Assembly: GCA_046052125.1 (NCBI GenBank)
Contig: JBJOMY010000005.1
Location: 64,001-128,000, forward strand
DNA length: 64,000 bases
Direction: 5' to 3'
Origin: Cyanobacteriota bacterium
GTDB taxonomy: Bacteria > Cyanobacteriota > Cyanobacteriia > PCC-6307 > Cyanobiaceae
Positions 32,965 to 42,930 of the stretch are shown here, piece by piece; position 1 is the stretch's first letter; every line of letters begins with the position of its first letter. The notes beneath the pieces are model-generated. The model worked only from the letters and a program-made list of their open reading frames with translations. It searched no databases and was not told where the DNA came from. Both the position numbers and the translations under genes were made by a program.

Positions 32965-33795
32965 ATGCGGATCCCCGCCTCCATCCTCACCTTGCTGGCC
33001 GGCATGGCCCTGGTGCTCACAGGGCTGTGGGTAGGCCAGAACGTGAATTTGCTGCCCGCCCAAGCCAGCGCGAACGCGCCGGTTTACGACGAGCTCTTTA
33101 AGGTTTTGTTCAGCATCGGCACGATCCTGTTTGTCGGGATCGTGGGTCTGATCGTCTACAGCCTGGCCCGGTTCAGGCGTCGTGCCGGCGAAACAGGCGA
33201 TGGCCTTGCCATTGAAGGCAATCTGCCGCTTGAAATTCTCTGGACCGCGATTCCGGCGGTGGTGGTGCTGTTCGTCGGCATCTACAGCTACGACATCTAC
33301 GACCGCATGGGCGGGATGACGCCACTCAACGACCACAGCATGCATGCGATGGCCGGGAGCGAAGAACGCACCTGGGGCGGCATCAGCCCGGTATCCCTCG
33401 AAGGTGATCCGGCCGTCGCGCCCCTACCGGTGGATGTCACCGCGATGCAGTTCGCCTTCATCTTTCACTACCCCGACTCCGACATCACCTCCGGTGAGCT
33501 TCACGTTCCGGTGGGACAACCGGTAGCGCTGCAGATGAAAGCCCTCGACGTGATCCACGCCTTTTGGGTGCCGCAGTTCCGGCTGAAGCAGGACGTGATT
33601 CCTGGCCAGCCCACCCTGCTGAGCTTCACACCCACCCGCCCCGGTCAATACCCGATCGTGTGCGCCGAGCTGTGTGGGCCGTATCACGGCGGCATGCGCT
33701 CCAGCGTGATCGTTGAAGAACCCGAAAGCTTCGCCGCTTGGGTCGCGAAGAACAGTCCGGCAGCTTCTGCCACCACCACAGCGGTGCAGTCATGA
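32965..33795 (+). CDS. ctaC: Cytochrome c oxidase subunit II
   Basis: LEILWTAIP, DVIHAFWVP and the CuA motif CAELCGPYHGGM. Confidence 0.96.
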   Translation: MRIPASILTLLAGMALVLTGLWVGQNVNLLPAQASANAPVYDELFKVLFSIGTILFVGIVGLIVYSLARFRRRAGETGDGLAIEGNLPLEILWTAIPAVVVLFVGIYSYDIYDRMGGMTPLNDHSMHAMAGSEERTWGGISPVSLEGDPAVAPLPVDVTAMQFAFIFHYPDSDITSGELHVPVGQPVALQMKALDVIHAFWVPQFRLKQDVIPGQPTLLSFTPTRPGQYPIVCAELCGPYHGGMRSSVIVEEPESFAAWVAKNSPAASATTTAVQS

Positions 33796-35471
33796 CGATC
33801 AGCCTGATGCCTGAAACCAGCAGCACGGGTTCGCTTCAACCTCAGGGCTGGCTGCGCTACCTGAGCTTCAGCACCGACCACAAGGTGATCGGGCTGCAGT
33901 ACATGGTGTGCGGTTTCATCTTCTACCTGATTGGTGGAGCTCTGGCCGGCGCGATTCGCACCGAGCTGATCACACCGATCTCGGATTTCCTCCCCAGGGA
34001 GACCTACAACGAAGTGCTCACCCTGCACGGCACGGTGATGATCTTCCTCTGGATCGTGCCGGTGGTGAATGGCGCCTTCGGCAACTACCTGATCCCCTTC
34101 TATGTGGGGGCTCGGGATATGGCTTTCCCCAGACTCAATGCCGTGGCCTTCTGGCTGATCCCGCCAGCCGGGATCCTGCTGATCAGCAGCTATTTCTTTG
34201 CCAGCGCGGCCCAGTCCGGCTGGACGGCCTATCCGCCGCTCAGCACCACCACACCCGCAACCGGGCAGATCATCTGGATCCTGAGTGTGCTGCTGCTGGG
34301 CGGAAGTTCAATCTTTGGCGGCATCAATTTCATCGCCACGATCCTGAAGCTGCGGCGCCCGGGCCTCAAGCTGATGCAACTGCCGATGTATTGCTGGGCG
34401 ATGCTCGGCACCAGCATCCTGGTGGTGCTCTCCACGCCAGTGCTGGCCGGCACCCTGGTGCTCCTGAGCTTCGACATCATTGCCCACACCGGATTCTTCA
34501 ATCCGGCGATGGGCGGCAATGCCGTGGTGTATCAACACCTGTTCTGGTTTTATTCCCATCCGGCGGTTTACATCATGGTGCTGCCGGCCTTCGGCCTGGT
34601 GAGCGAGATCCTGCCGGTGCATGCCCGAAAGCCGCTGTTCGGTTACACCACGATGGTGTATTCCATCCTGGCGATTGTATTTCTCGGGCTGATCGTGTGG
34701 GCTCACCACATGTTCACGAGCGGCACACCGCCCTGGATGCGCCTGTTCTTCACGATCGCCACCGCCTTTATCGCCGTTCCCACGGGGATCAAATTCTTTA
34801 ACTGGCTCGCCACCCTCTGGGGCGGAAAGCTGAGCTTGAACACGGCGATGCTGTTCTGCTGCGGCTTCATCGTGAACTTTGTGTTCGGAGGAATCACCGG
34901 TGTGGCCCTGGCCCAGGTGCCTTTCGACATCCACGTGCATGACACCTACTTCGTGGTGGGCCATTTCCACTACATCGTCTACGGCGGCACGGTGTTCGTG
35001 ATCTTCGCCTCCATCTACCACTGGTACCCCAAGGTGACCGGGCGTCTATTGAACGAGCCCCTTGGGCAGCTGCATTTCTGGCTCACCTTTGTGGGATTCA
35101 ACCTCTGCTTTGCCCCCCAGCACTGGCTTGGCCTCAACGGCATGCCAAGGCGTGTCGCCGAATACGACCCCCAGTTCACGCTGATCAACCAACTGAGCAG
35201 TGCCGGTGCCCTGCTGATGGCGATCAGCACGCTGCCATTCCTGATCAACGTGGTGATGAGCGCCTTCAACGGCGACCCCGCCGGCGACAACCCCTGGAAT
35301 GCGCTCACACCAGAGTGGCTCACCAGCTCGCCACCGCCTGTGGAGAACTGGAAGGGTGAGCCGCCCCTGGTGCACGAGCCCTACGGCTACGGCGTTGCAC
35401 CGGGAGAGCTCAGCCTCGAAGCCAGCAGCGGCCGCGACCTGTGGAGCCTTGGACAGAGAGATCAGCCATGA
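33792..35471 (+). CDS. ctaD: Cytochrome c oxidase subunit I
   Basis: DHKVIG, LHG, WFYSHPAVY, WAHH and HFHY motifs. Confidence 0.98.
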   Translation: MTISLMPETSSTGSLQPQGWLRYLSFSTDHKVIGLQYMVCGFIFYLIGGALAGAIRTELITPISDFLPRETYNEVLTLHGTVMIFLWIVPVVNGAFGNYLIPFYVGARDMAFPRLNAVAFWLIPPAGILLISSYFFASAAQSGWTAYPPLSTTTPATGQIIWILSVLLLGGSSIFGGINFIATILKLRRPGLKLMQLPMYCWAMLGTSILVVLSTPVLAGTLVLLSFDIIAHTGFFNPAMGGNAVVYQHLFWFYSHPAVYIMVLPAFGLVSEILPVHARKPLFGYTTMVYSILAIVFLGLIVWAHHMFTSGTPPWMRLFFTIATAFIAVPTGIKFFNWLATLWGGKLSLNTAMLFCCGFIVNFVFGGITGVALAQVPFDIHVHDTYFVVGHFHYIVYGGTVFVIFASIYHWYPKVTGRLLNEPLGQLHFWLTFVGFNLCFAPQHWLGLNGMPRRVAEYDPQFTLINQLSSAGALLMAISTLPFLINVVMSAFNGDPAGDNPWNALTPEWLTSSPPPVENWKGEPPLVHEPYGYGVAPGELSLEASSGRDLWSLGQRDQP

Positions 35472-36064
35472 CCAGCACCCACCCAGAAACTGTTCAGCAC
35501 GACGCCACTGAGGCGGAGCACGGCCACAGCGATCACCGCCTGTTTGGCCTCGCCACCTTCCTGGTGGCCGATGGCATGACCTTCGCCGGCTTCTTCGCGG
35601 CGTACCTCACCTTCCGGGCCGTGAACCCCCTCCCGGCCGGGCACAGCTACGAACTGGAGTTGGTGTTGCCCACCATCAACACCGTGCTGTTGCTGGTGAG
35701 CAGCTTCACCTTCCACCGCGCCGGCGCGGCCCTGCGTCGGGGTAACCACCCCCTGTGCCAGCGCTGGCTGCTGGTGACGGCGTTGCTGGGCTTCAGTTTT
35801 CTGGCTGGTCAGATGAAGGAATACTTCTCGCTGCCCTTTGGCCTCACCGACAATCTGTTTGCCAGCACCTTTTATGCGATCACGGGCTTTCACGGCCTGC
35901 ACGTGACCCTGGGCGGGCTGATGATCCTGATCGTGTGGTGGCAGAGCCGCGAGGGCGGCCGCATCAGCGTGGACAACCAGTTCCCCTTGGAAGCGGCCGA
36001 GCTCTACTGGCACTTCGTGGACGGGATCTGGGTGATCCTCTACGGGCTCCTCTATCTGCTTTGA
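35468..36064 (+). CDS. ctaE: Cytochrome c oxidase subunit III
   Basis: TGFHGLHV and YWHFVD motifs. Confidence 0.96.
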   Translation: MTSTHPETVQHDATEAEHGHSDHRLFGLATFLVADGMTFAGFFAAYLTFRAVNPLPAGHSYELELVLPTINTVLLLVSSFTFHRAGAALRRGNHPLCQRWLLVTALLGFSFLAGQMKEYFSLPFGLTDNLFASTFYAITGFHGLHVTLGGLMILIVWWQSREGGRISVDNQFPLEAAELYWHFVDGIWVILYGLLYLL

Positions 36065-36177
36065 ATTTTTTCTTTCACTTTGCCCTTGCGGTTGATTGGA
36101 GTTGATCGGCACAATCGGTCGAACAATCCTCAGCCAAGCCGGTGTTCGTCGAAGAGAAAGTGATCACACCCGTGCAG

Positions 36178-36567
36178 ATGCTGGAAGGGAAGGCACTGCT
36201 CGATAAAGCCCGATCACTGAGCAATCGTCCGGAAGATCAGATTGCTCGAGCCTGTGGCTATGTAGGTCCGAGCGGCCGCGTGCTCAAGAAGAGTTTCTAC
36301 CGGGCCCTGGTGGAAGCGAAGGGCTACAAGTTGCCCAGCCAGAGCAGCAGCACTGGCGGTGGCTCCGGTACCCGTGGCAGACAGGCTGAGTTCCGCACCC
36401 GGGTGCACGGCAACGGCAATCTGCTGATTGGCCATGCCTACACCCGCCGCATGGGATTGGAGCCCGGCCAGGAATTTCGGATCGAAATTCACCAGGAAAC
36501 GGGCTCCATCTGGTTGCTGCCCATGCAAGAGGGCAGCGGCACCGACTTGATCGATCAGGCCGGCTGA
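36178..36567 (+). CDS. AbrB-like transcriptional regulator (picocyanobacterial type)
   Basis: L.G..LLDK, CGY, FYRALVEAKG and VHGNGNLLIGHAYT...GLEPGQEF motifs. Confidence 0.85.
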   Translation: MLEGKALLDKARSLSNRPEDQIARACGYVGPSGRVLKKSFYRALVEAKGYKLPSQSSSTGGGSGTRGRQAEFRTRVHGNGNLLIGHAYTRRMGLEPGQEFRIEIHQETGSIWLLPMQEGSGTDLIDQAG

Positions 36568-37157
36568 GACGGACCACCACGATCATCGGGGCCGTGGAAG
36601 GCAGCACTGAACACCAGCAGATCGATGCCGCTGAACAGGAAACTGATCCCCACCAGGATGCCCAGCACGGTCAATTGCGCTGCGCCCGGCATTGTCACGA
36701 TGATCAAACCGAGGATGAAAGTGACGACACCATTAGCCAGGCCCCAGCCCCAGCCGTTCATCGTGCGATGCGAGAGCGCCACAATCGCGGCCACCACCCC
36801 CTCCAGCAAGAACACGATTCCAACTGCGACAGCGAGGCTGGCGATCTCTAGGGCGGCCTTGTCAATGCCGGCACTCAACTGCTGAATGATCCAGGCGCCG
36901 GTGACCAGGAACAGGGTCGACACCACCAGACGCCAGAAGCAATGCCAGCGCGAGAGCCGCCTGGAGCGGTTGAGGCTGTTGATCCAGCCGAAGATGCCGC
37001 CCACCAGGAAGGCCAGCGCCACGATCACGGTGACCCAGGCCGAGGCGATCACGGGGAACAGCAACGCCAGCACCCCCAGCACCAGCAGCAGGATGCCTTC
37101 GGCGACGGTGAAACTGCGCAGGGAGCTCAGATCGAGCTCCGGTTGATCAGAAGCCAT
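36555..37157 (-). CDS. HdeD/DUF308 family membrane protein
   Basis: Duplicated G...LG...P...L.G membrane repeat; GWGW. Confidence 0.82.
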   Translation of the reverse strand: MASDQPELDLSSLRSFTVAEGILLLVLGVLALLFPVIASAWVTVIVALAFLVGGIFGWINSLNRSRRLSRWHCFWRLVVSTLFLVTGAWIIQQLSAGIDKAALEIASLAVAVGIVFLLEGVVAAIVALSHRTMNGWGWGLANGVVTFILGLIIVTMPGAAQLTVLGILVGISFLFSGIDLLVFSAAFHGPDDRGGPSQPA

Positions 37158-37212
37158 GAACGGTTCAGAGGGACCATCAACGCCCGGACGGTAGTCATGG
37201 CCTTGAGCTTCG

Positions 37213-37884
37213 TCAGCCCCAGCCGTGCTCGGCGAGCCAGGCGCGGCTGAGCTGGGGTGACGCCTCCTCAGCTTCCCCCGGTGCCATGCGGGTAGCGAGC
37301 AGCCGCTCGGTGTATTTCGCCAGCAGATCGGCCTCGAGATTCACGGCATCGCCGGCGCGCAGATGCTGCAGCGTGGTGGAGCTCCAGGTGTGCGGAATCA
37401 CCGCAATCCAAAACTCGGCGCCATCGGCACTGCAATCGGCAACCGTGAGGCTGATGCCATCCACTGCCACGCTGGCCTTCTCGCACACGTAGCGCCCGTA
37501 GCTGGGGTCTTGCCAGCGCAGCACCAGGCGCCATGAGGCCGGCTGTTGCTCCACCGCCACCACGGTGCCGAGGCCATCCACATGGCCGCTCACCAGATGT
37601 CCGCCGAGGCGATCCGCCAGACGCAGGGCCGGCTCGAGATTCACCCAGCCGCGGCGATCCGCCTTGGCCGACAGGGTGGTGCGCGAGAGGGTCTCCTCAC
37701 TCACATCGGCCTTGAACCCCTGGGCGGAGCGGTGGGTCACCGTGAGGCAGACGCCATCCACCGCCACGCTGTCTCCCAGCTGCAGGGCAGCCGGATCGAG
37801 GTGCGAACCGGCAGGGATGAGCAGCTCCACCCCGCCACTGCAGCGCTGCAGCTGACCCACGGCCTGCACCAGCCCGGTGAACAT
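37213..37884 (-). CDS. ribE: Riboflavin synthase alpha chain
   Basis: MFTGLV, GDSVAVDGVCLT, VNLE, GGHLVSGHVD and IPHT motifs. Confidence 0.96.
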   Translation of the reverse strand: MFTGLVQAVGQLQRCSGGVELLIPAGSHLDPAALQLGDSVAVDGVCLTVTHRSAQGFKADVSEETLSRTTLSAKADRRGWVNLEPALRLADRLGGHLVSGHVDGLGTVVAVEQQPASWRLVLRWQDPSYGRYVCEKASVAVDGISLTVADCSADGAEFWIAVIPHTWSSTTLQHLRAGDAVNLEADLLAKYTERLLATRMAPGEAEEASPQLSRAWLAEHGWG

Positions 37885-37939
37885 GCGGTGCCCCGATCAA
37901 CCCTGGCCATAATCGGGCAAAGGCGTCGGCAGGCAAGCG

Positions 37940-38521
37940 ATGGTTGAGATGCGCGTGGCCGGCATCGCCCTCGACGCCGCCAGTCGCAGCCCGATCGTGC
38001 TGCTGCGCGATCCCTCAGGCCGTCGCCAGGTGCCGATCTGGATTGACCAGGCCCAGGCGCAAAACATCATGGCGGGGCTCAAGGGGCAGACCCCGGCGCG
38101 GCCCCTCAGCCATGACCTGATGGTCCAGCTGCTGGAGGCCGGGGGTCTGGAGCTGCAGCGGGTGATCATCCACACCATCGAAGACAGCACCTTCCGGGCG
38201 GTGCTCAAGCTGATCGACGCCGATGGCGAAAGCCATGAGCTCGATGCCCGCCCCAGCGATGCGATCGCCCTGGCCCTGCGTACTGGCAGCGGCATCTGGA
38301 TGCTCGAGGAGGTGGTGGCCGATGCCTCGATCCCGGTGGATGCGGAGGCTGATGCGGAAGATGCCGCCGATTTCCGCCGCTTCCTCGACGGCATCAGCCC
38401 CGCCGAGCTGGTGCGCCATATCAACGAGGCCCAAGGCGAACTGGATCAGGGGCACGACGAGGAGGGCGATGACGACAGCGAAGCCGGCGGCAGTGAAGAC
38501 AGCGGCAGCCACCCCGCCTGA
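37940..38521 (+). CDS. Bifunctional nuclease family protein (DUF151)
   Basis: PIWI, RPLSHDL and DARPSDAIALA motifs. Confidence 0.92.
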   Translation: MVEMRVAGIALDAASRSPIVLLRDPSGRRQVPIWIDQAQAQNIMAGLKGQTPARPLSHDLMVQLLEAGGLELQRVIIHTIEDSTFRAVLKLIDADGESHELDARPSDAIALALRTGSGIWMLEEVVADASIPVDAEADAEDAADFRRFLDGISPAELVRHINEAQGELDQGHDEEGDDDSEAGGSEDSGSHPA

Positions 38522-39647
38522 GCGACGCGCCTTCGGGCGCGGCCCGGCGATCACGCCCTTCAGCCTGGGCACCATGCGTGCCACCGGCAGTGCCGAGCAG
38601 ATGGCTGCGGTGTTGGACGCCGCCCTCACTGCTGGCATCAATCACCTGGAAACCGCGCCGGCCTACGGCTCCGCCGAGCGCTACCTAGGCCAGGCGTTGC
38701 GCGCCAAGGCGGCAAGCGATCCAGGCACCATCAGCCAGCTGGTCATCACCAGCAAGCTGCTGCCAGGGATCGATTTCAGCGAAGGCCAGAAGCAGTTGCG
38801 GGCCATCCTGGAGCGATTGGGAGTCGACCAGCTGCACAACCTGGCCGTGCACGGCCTCAATAGGCCTGAGCACCTCGACTGGGCCTGCCAGGGAGCTGGG
38901 GCGGAGCTGCTGGCCTGGGCCGTGGGTGAAGGACTCGTGGGCCAGGTGGGCTTTTCCAGCCACGGCAGCACAGCTCTGATCGAGCAGGCCCTGGCCAGCG
39001 AGCGCTTCAGCTTCTGCAGCCTGCACGTGCATCTGTTCGACCAGACGCGCCTGCCCCTGGCACGTGCGGCCCTGGCGGCAGGGATCGGTGTGCTGGCGAT
39101 TTCCCCAGCCGATAAAGGCGGCCGCCTCTACGCCCCATCTCCCGAGTTACTGGCCGACTGTGCGCCGATCCAGCCGCTGGAGCTGGCCTATCGCTTCCTG
39201 CTCGATCAGGGCATCTCGACCCTGAGCCTGGGGGCCGAGCAGCCCGAGGATCTGGCCCTGGCCGCGCAGCTGAGTGGTGCCAACCCCTGGCTTGAACCAG
39301 AGCACCAGGCAGCGCTGGAGCGGCTCGCCGCCGCCGGCCGGGAACGGCTGGGGGACACCGCCTGCGGCCAATGCCGGGCCTGCCTGCCCTGCCCCCAGGC
39401 GGTGCCGATTCCGGAGCTACTGCGCTTGCGCAACCTGGCTGTGGGCCACGGCATGAGCGCCTTCGCTGAGGAGCGCTACAACCTCATCGGCCGAGCAGGC
39501 CATTGGTGGGAGGAGCTCAACGCCAGTGCCTGCAACAACTGCGGCGAGTGCTTGCCCCGTTGTCCGCATCAGTTACCGATTCCCGAGCTGCTGGCCGACA
39601 CCCATCAGCGCCTGGCAGCAGCCCCCCGGCGCCGGCTCTGGGGCTGA
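38469..39647 (+). CDS. Aldo/keto reductase with a C-terminal 4Fe-4S dicluster
   Basis: LGTMR, ETAPAYG, GFSSHG; CGQCRACLPC and CNNCGECLPRCP; start uncertain. Confidence 0.88.
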   Translation: MTTAKPAAVKTAAATPPERRAFGRGPAITPFSLGTMRATGSAEQMAAVLDAALTAGINHLETAPAYGSAERYLGQALRAKAASDPGTISQLVITSKLLPGIDFSEGQKQLRAILERLGVDQLHNLAVHGLNRPEHLDWACQGAGAELLAWAVGEGLVGQVGFSSHGSTALIEQALASERFSFCSLHVHLFDQTRLPLARAALAAGIGVLAISPADKGGRLYAPSPELLADCAPIQPLELAYRFLLDQGISTLSLGAEQPEDLALAAQLSGANPWLEPEHQAALERLAAAGRERLGDTACGQCRACLPCPQAVPIPELLRLRNLAVGHGMSAFAEERYNLIGRAGHWWEELNASACNNCGECLPRCPHQLPIPELLADTHQRLAAAPRRRLWG

Positions 39648-39648
39648 C

Positions 39649-40737
39649 TTACGCCCTCGCTACCATCGCCTCATCCCACAGCCCCTGCCAGCGCTGCTGC
39701 TGCGGCGCAGCCAGGGGCAGAAGGCTGTTGCAGCGCGACAACACGTCCGCGGGCGGCAGCAGCAGGGGCCGCAAGCGCTCGGGCCAGCGCGCCAGCGCGG
39801 ACTGCAACTGCTGTTGCGGGAGTGGAGGCACCCATCCAGCGGCGAGCAACCGATGCAACAGCGGCAGGCTGAGACCATCTCGCAGCCACTCCAGCGGCAG
39901 TGGCGGCAGCGGCTGATCGGCTCGAGCCGGGGCGATCCGCACCAGCAACTGCCACCAGAGCGGCGAGCCGGAGGCTGGCAACAGCGCCGTCAGCCGCGGA
40001 TCACGCTGGAGCAAGGGCACGGCCCGCTGACTGGGAACCACCGCCGCATCCGCCTCACCAGCCAACAGCAGATTGAGCCCGTTGGGCTCATCGAGGCTGA
40101 GGGCCTGAGCGTGCAAACGCCGTACCTGAGCCGGCAGGCGTGGATCCTCGATCGCGCTGGCCTCAAGGCTGGAGAGACCCAGCTGGCGCATCGCCAGATC
40201 GATCAACAGCCGCGGGCTGGATGGAAGCACCAATCGTTGCCGCAGGCTTGGATCCAGCAGCAAATCCCAACCCTCGGCGCGGCGGCGCTGGAGATCCGGG
40301 CGATTGCGCAGCAGGATCACCCAGGTTCCGAACGCCCAGGGGAAGGCCCGAGCGGGGGCCTCCGGCCCTGCAAAGAGACGACTGGGGGCCTGAGCGATCG
40401 GATCGAGCAGCTGCAGCAGCGCCGGTGCCTCCAGGGGTTGCAGGCGAGCCACCGGCAGCTGCTGAGCCCAGCCATCCCCCAGGCTGAGCAGGAGGGGCTG
40501 GTCCTGCGGCTGGCGCAACACCTCCAGCAGTGCCGCGGGGGTGTCCAGTTGCTCCGATCGCCAGCTGGGCGGCAAGGCCTTCAACCAGGCGGCGGGCAAC
40601 TCGCCCCGCGCACTCAGCAAACGGCCAGCATCCCCGCCGTTGCGGCATCCCGCCAGCGCGCCAGAGGCCAAGAGCGTTCCACCCAGGCTGGCCAGCCGCA
40701 GCACCTGGCGGCGCGAGAAGGAATGGGCTTGGGCCAT
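39649..40737 (-). CDS. Tat-exported lipoprotein, periplasmic binding protein-like (PotD-like)
   Basis: SRRQVL twin-arginine motif, LAGC lipobox, W..LLDP motif. Confidence 0.72.
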   Translation of the reverse strand: MAQAHSFSRRQVLRLASLGGTLLASGALAGCRNGGDAGRLLSARGELPAAWLKALPPSWRSEQLDTPAALLEVLRQPQDQPLLLSLGDGWAQQLPVARLQPLEAPALLQLLDPIAQAPSRLFAGPEAPARAFPWAFGTWVILLRNRPDLQRRRAEGWDLLLDPSLRQRLVLPSSPRLLIDLAMRQLGLSSLEASAIEDPRLPAQVRRLHAQALSLDEPNGLNLLLAGEADAAVVPSQRAVPLLQRDPRLTALLPASGSPLWWQLLVRIAPARADQPLPPLPLEWLRDGLSLPLLHRLLAAGWVPPLPQQQLQSALARWPERLRPLLLPPADVLSRCNSLLPLAAPQQQRWQGLWDEAMVARA

Positions 40738-40766
40738 GGGCCGACCCTAAGAGGCGAATGCTGCCC

Positions 40767-41876
40767 TCACCGCAGCAGCGCACAGGCCTGATCGCAAAGC
40801 GCTGCCAGCTCGTCTGGGCTGCGGCCGCTCAGCTGCCAGAGGGCGGCGAGACCACCGGCACCAACCCCTTCCTTCACGTAGCCCTGCTCAAAGGCCAGGA
40901 GTTCGGGCGAGCGGCAGCTGCTGAAACGCAAACCAGCAGCAAACGCCAGCGGCTCACAGCTCCAGCGGCGGCCCAGCTGCTCCAGCAACAAGGTGAGATT
41001 GCTGCTGCGCTCCGCCGCCACCCAGGCGGTGGTGGCCAAAGCGGCCTGAGCGATCAGCTGCGAACGATCCGCGGCAGGGGTGAGCTCCAAGGCCAGAGCC
41101 AGCACAGCCGCCATCTGGCTGCCACCAGCCAGCAGCACCGGCAGCCCTGCCAGGGCAGCGGCCTGCAGCAGACCAGCGGCCAGGGGCTGCATGGGATCAC
41201 CCACCGCCGCGAGCACCGCTTCAGCGCCAGCTGGGCTGGCCAGCTGTGCCGCCGCCAGGCCGCGGGCCACCAGATCGGCTTTGAGGCGGTGGGCTGGTTC
41301 CCGCAAACTGCCGCTCACCAAGCCGGCCGCCTCCACCCCAAGCCCCTGGAGCACAGCCTGGGCAGTGCTGGTGCCGCCGGGCACACACTCCGCCACCAGC
41401 AGGGGCTGGCCGAGCCTGGCGAGCTGGCGTCCCCAGCGGCGCCCAAGCTCCAGCAGCTGCTGCACCCGTTGGGGCTCCATGGCCGCACCACCACTGAGGC
41501 ACTGCGCCGGCCCCTGACCGAGCTGCAGATGCGGCACCGCCGGTGCCACAGACGCTCCGGCATCCACCACAAGGGGACTCAGGCCCAGCTGCTCCACCAC
41601 CACCCTGGCGATCAGGGCCGGACTCACCCCCGCCGGCAGGGGCGGCAGGGCATGGGGCCTGGGCTCAGAGGGGCCGAGCAGCAGCAATTCAGCGTCTGCA
41701 GCGGCGGTGCGGCGGCGGCTCTCAGGCGTGGAGCCTGCCGCGGAGATGCCCGGCACCGCAGCGGTGGCTGTACCCGCCAGCAGCAGCAGCACGCGGGTGG
41801 CCTCCGCGGCGATGGAGAGCTGGTGGCACCAGTGGTCCGCCTGCAGCGGATCGCCGCTGAGGCGTTGCAGCGTCAA
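40767..41876 (-). CDS. cobT: Nicotinate mononucleotide-dependent phosphoribosyltransferase (cyanobacterial/archaeal CobT type)
   Basis: VPGISAAG, ECVPGGTSTA, GDPMQ, AGGSQM and KEGVGAGG motifs; TTG start overlapping the upstream stop is inferred. Confidence 0.88.
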   Translation of the reverse strand: MTLQRLSGDPLQADHWCHQLSIAAEATRVLLLLAGTATAAVPGISAAGSTPESRRRTAAADAELLLLGPSEPRPHALPPLPAGVSPALIARVVVEQLGLSPLVVDAGASVAPAVPHLQLGQGPAQCLSGGAAMEPQRVQQLLELGRRWGRQLARLGQPLLVAECVPGGTSTAQAVLQGLGVEAAGLVSGSLREPAHRLKADLVARGLAAAQLASPAGAEAVLAAVGDPMQPLAAGLLQAAALAGLPVLLAGGSQMAAVLALALELTPAADRSQLIAQAALATTAWVAAERSSNLTLLLEQLGRRWSCEPLAFAAGLRFSSCRSPELLAFEQGYVKEGVGAGGLAALWQLSGRSPDELAALCDQACALLR

Positions 41877-42511
41877 AGGGGGTCGAGGCTGAGCAACGGG
41901 CGCAGCGGCGGCGGCGGCGGCGGGATCGGGCTGCGCAACCGCGGGAAAATCCACAGCGCTACGGCGTGCAGGGCCAGCACATAGATCAGGTTTTGCAGCA
42001 GCACCAGCGCAAAAGCCAGCAGCTGCACCTGGAACAGATCAGGACCGCCCCCCAGCTGCAGCAGGCCGCTGAGGCGCTCAAGCAGCTGGGCAGCGGCCGT
42101 GGTGATCACCACCCAGAGGTTTTCGCCGAGCAACAGCGAGAGCACCGCCACCCGCACCAGAAAGCCGGCAGCACCGATGAGCAGCCCCACGCTCCAACTC
42201 AGCCACCACGACAACCCGCGGCGCCAGCACCAGCCCAACCAAAGGGCGAGCAGGCCATAAGGGAAGAGCACCAGCGGCCCGCGAATCGGGCCCATCAGGG
42301 CCACCAGCAGCAAGGCCGTCACCGTGACGCCTTCCACGGCGCAACGGCCGTTGTGGCGCAGCTGCAAGAGGGCCAGGGGCAGGGGCAACGCCAGCCGGAA
42401 CAGGGCACCTCCCACAGGGAGGTAGTAGAGGCCCACCCAAAGCAGGGCCGTCGCCGCAGCCAAATAGGCGGTGTCGGTGAGCTGATGGGCCTGCCGGCGA
42501 CTGAGGCTCAT
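41873..42511 (-). CDS. DUF2232 family membrane protein
   Basis: TAYLAA, PLP and LMGPIRG motifs; multiple TM helices. Confidence 0.82.
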   Translation of the reverse strand: MSLSRRQAHQLTDTAYLAAATALLWVGLYYLPVGGALFRLALPLPLALLQLRHNGRCAVEGVTVTALLLVALMGPIRGPLVLFPYGLLALWLGWCWRRGLSWWLSWSVGLLIGAAGFLVRVAVLSLLLGENLWVVITTAAAQLLERLSGLLQLGGGPDLFQVQLLAFALVLLQNLIYVLALHAVALWIFPRLRSPIPPPPPPLRPLLSLDPL

Positions 42512-42930
42512 CGGGCCGGAGGTGCCGGGGAACGCACGGGCGCAGCGGGCTCCGCGTTGGCAGGCACGCGCTCGATCGTTTCCACCTCAAAGGCCACACC
42601 GGCTTCGCGCAGGGCGTCGGTCACGGCTTCAGCGGGGGACGACGGATCGGCGGCGGGCAGCTTGATCGTGACCCGGTAGGGCGCAGGGGTGAGCGGAGCC
42701 AAGGGGGCTGCCGTCTTTTTGCTGGGCTCAGGCTCGGGCTGATTGGCAGTGGGCTTGGCCGCTGGTTGCTTCTTGGCCTCTGCTGCCGGTTTGACCGCGT
42801 TGCTGGGCGCAGGAGCTCCCGCAGGGGGCTGGGAGAAGCTGCGGGAGAGCTGATCGCCAAAGGGGGTACCGCTGCAACCGGCCAAGCCGGCCGCCAGCAG
42901 CAGAGGGGCCAGCGGCCTCAGCACCCGCAT
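42508..42930 (-). CDS. Hypothetical lipoprotein
   Basis: LAGC lipobox; YRVTIKLP.ADPS.PAE.VT.ALR.AGV.FEVE.IER domain. Confidence 0.75.
   Translation of the reverse strand: MRVLRPLAPLLLAAGLAGCSGTPFGDQLSRSFSQPPAGAPAPSNAVKPAAEAKKQPAAKPTANQPEPEPSKKTAAPLAPLTPAPYRVTIKLPAADPSSPAEAVTDALREAGVAFEVETIERVPANAEPAAPVRSPAPPAR

Noticed and set aside
41873..41954. 82-nt cobT/DUF2232 overlap with a GCG run
   Set aside because: A TTG start at 41876 gives a normal 4-nt overlap. The run encodes the poly-Pro tail of DUF2232.
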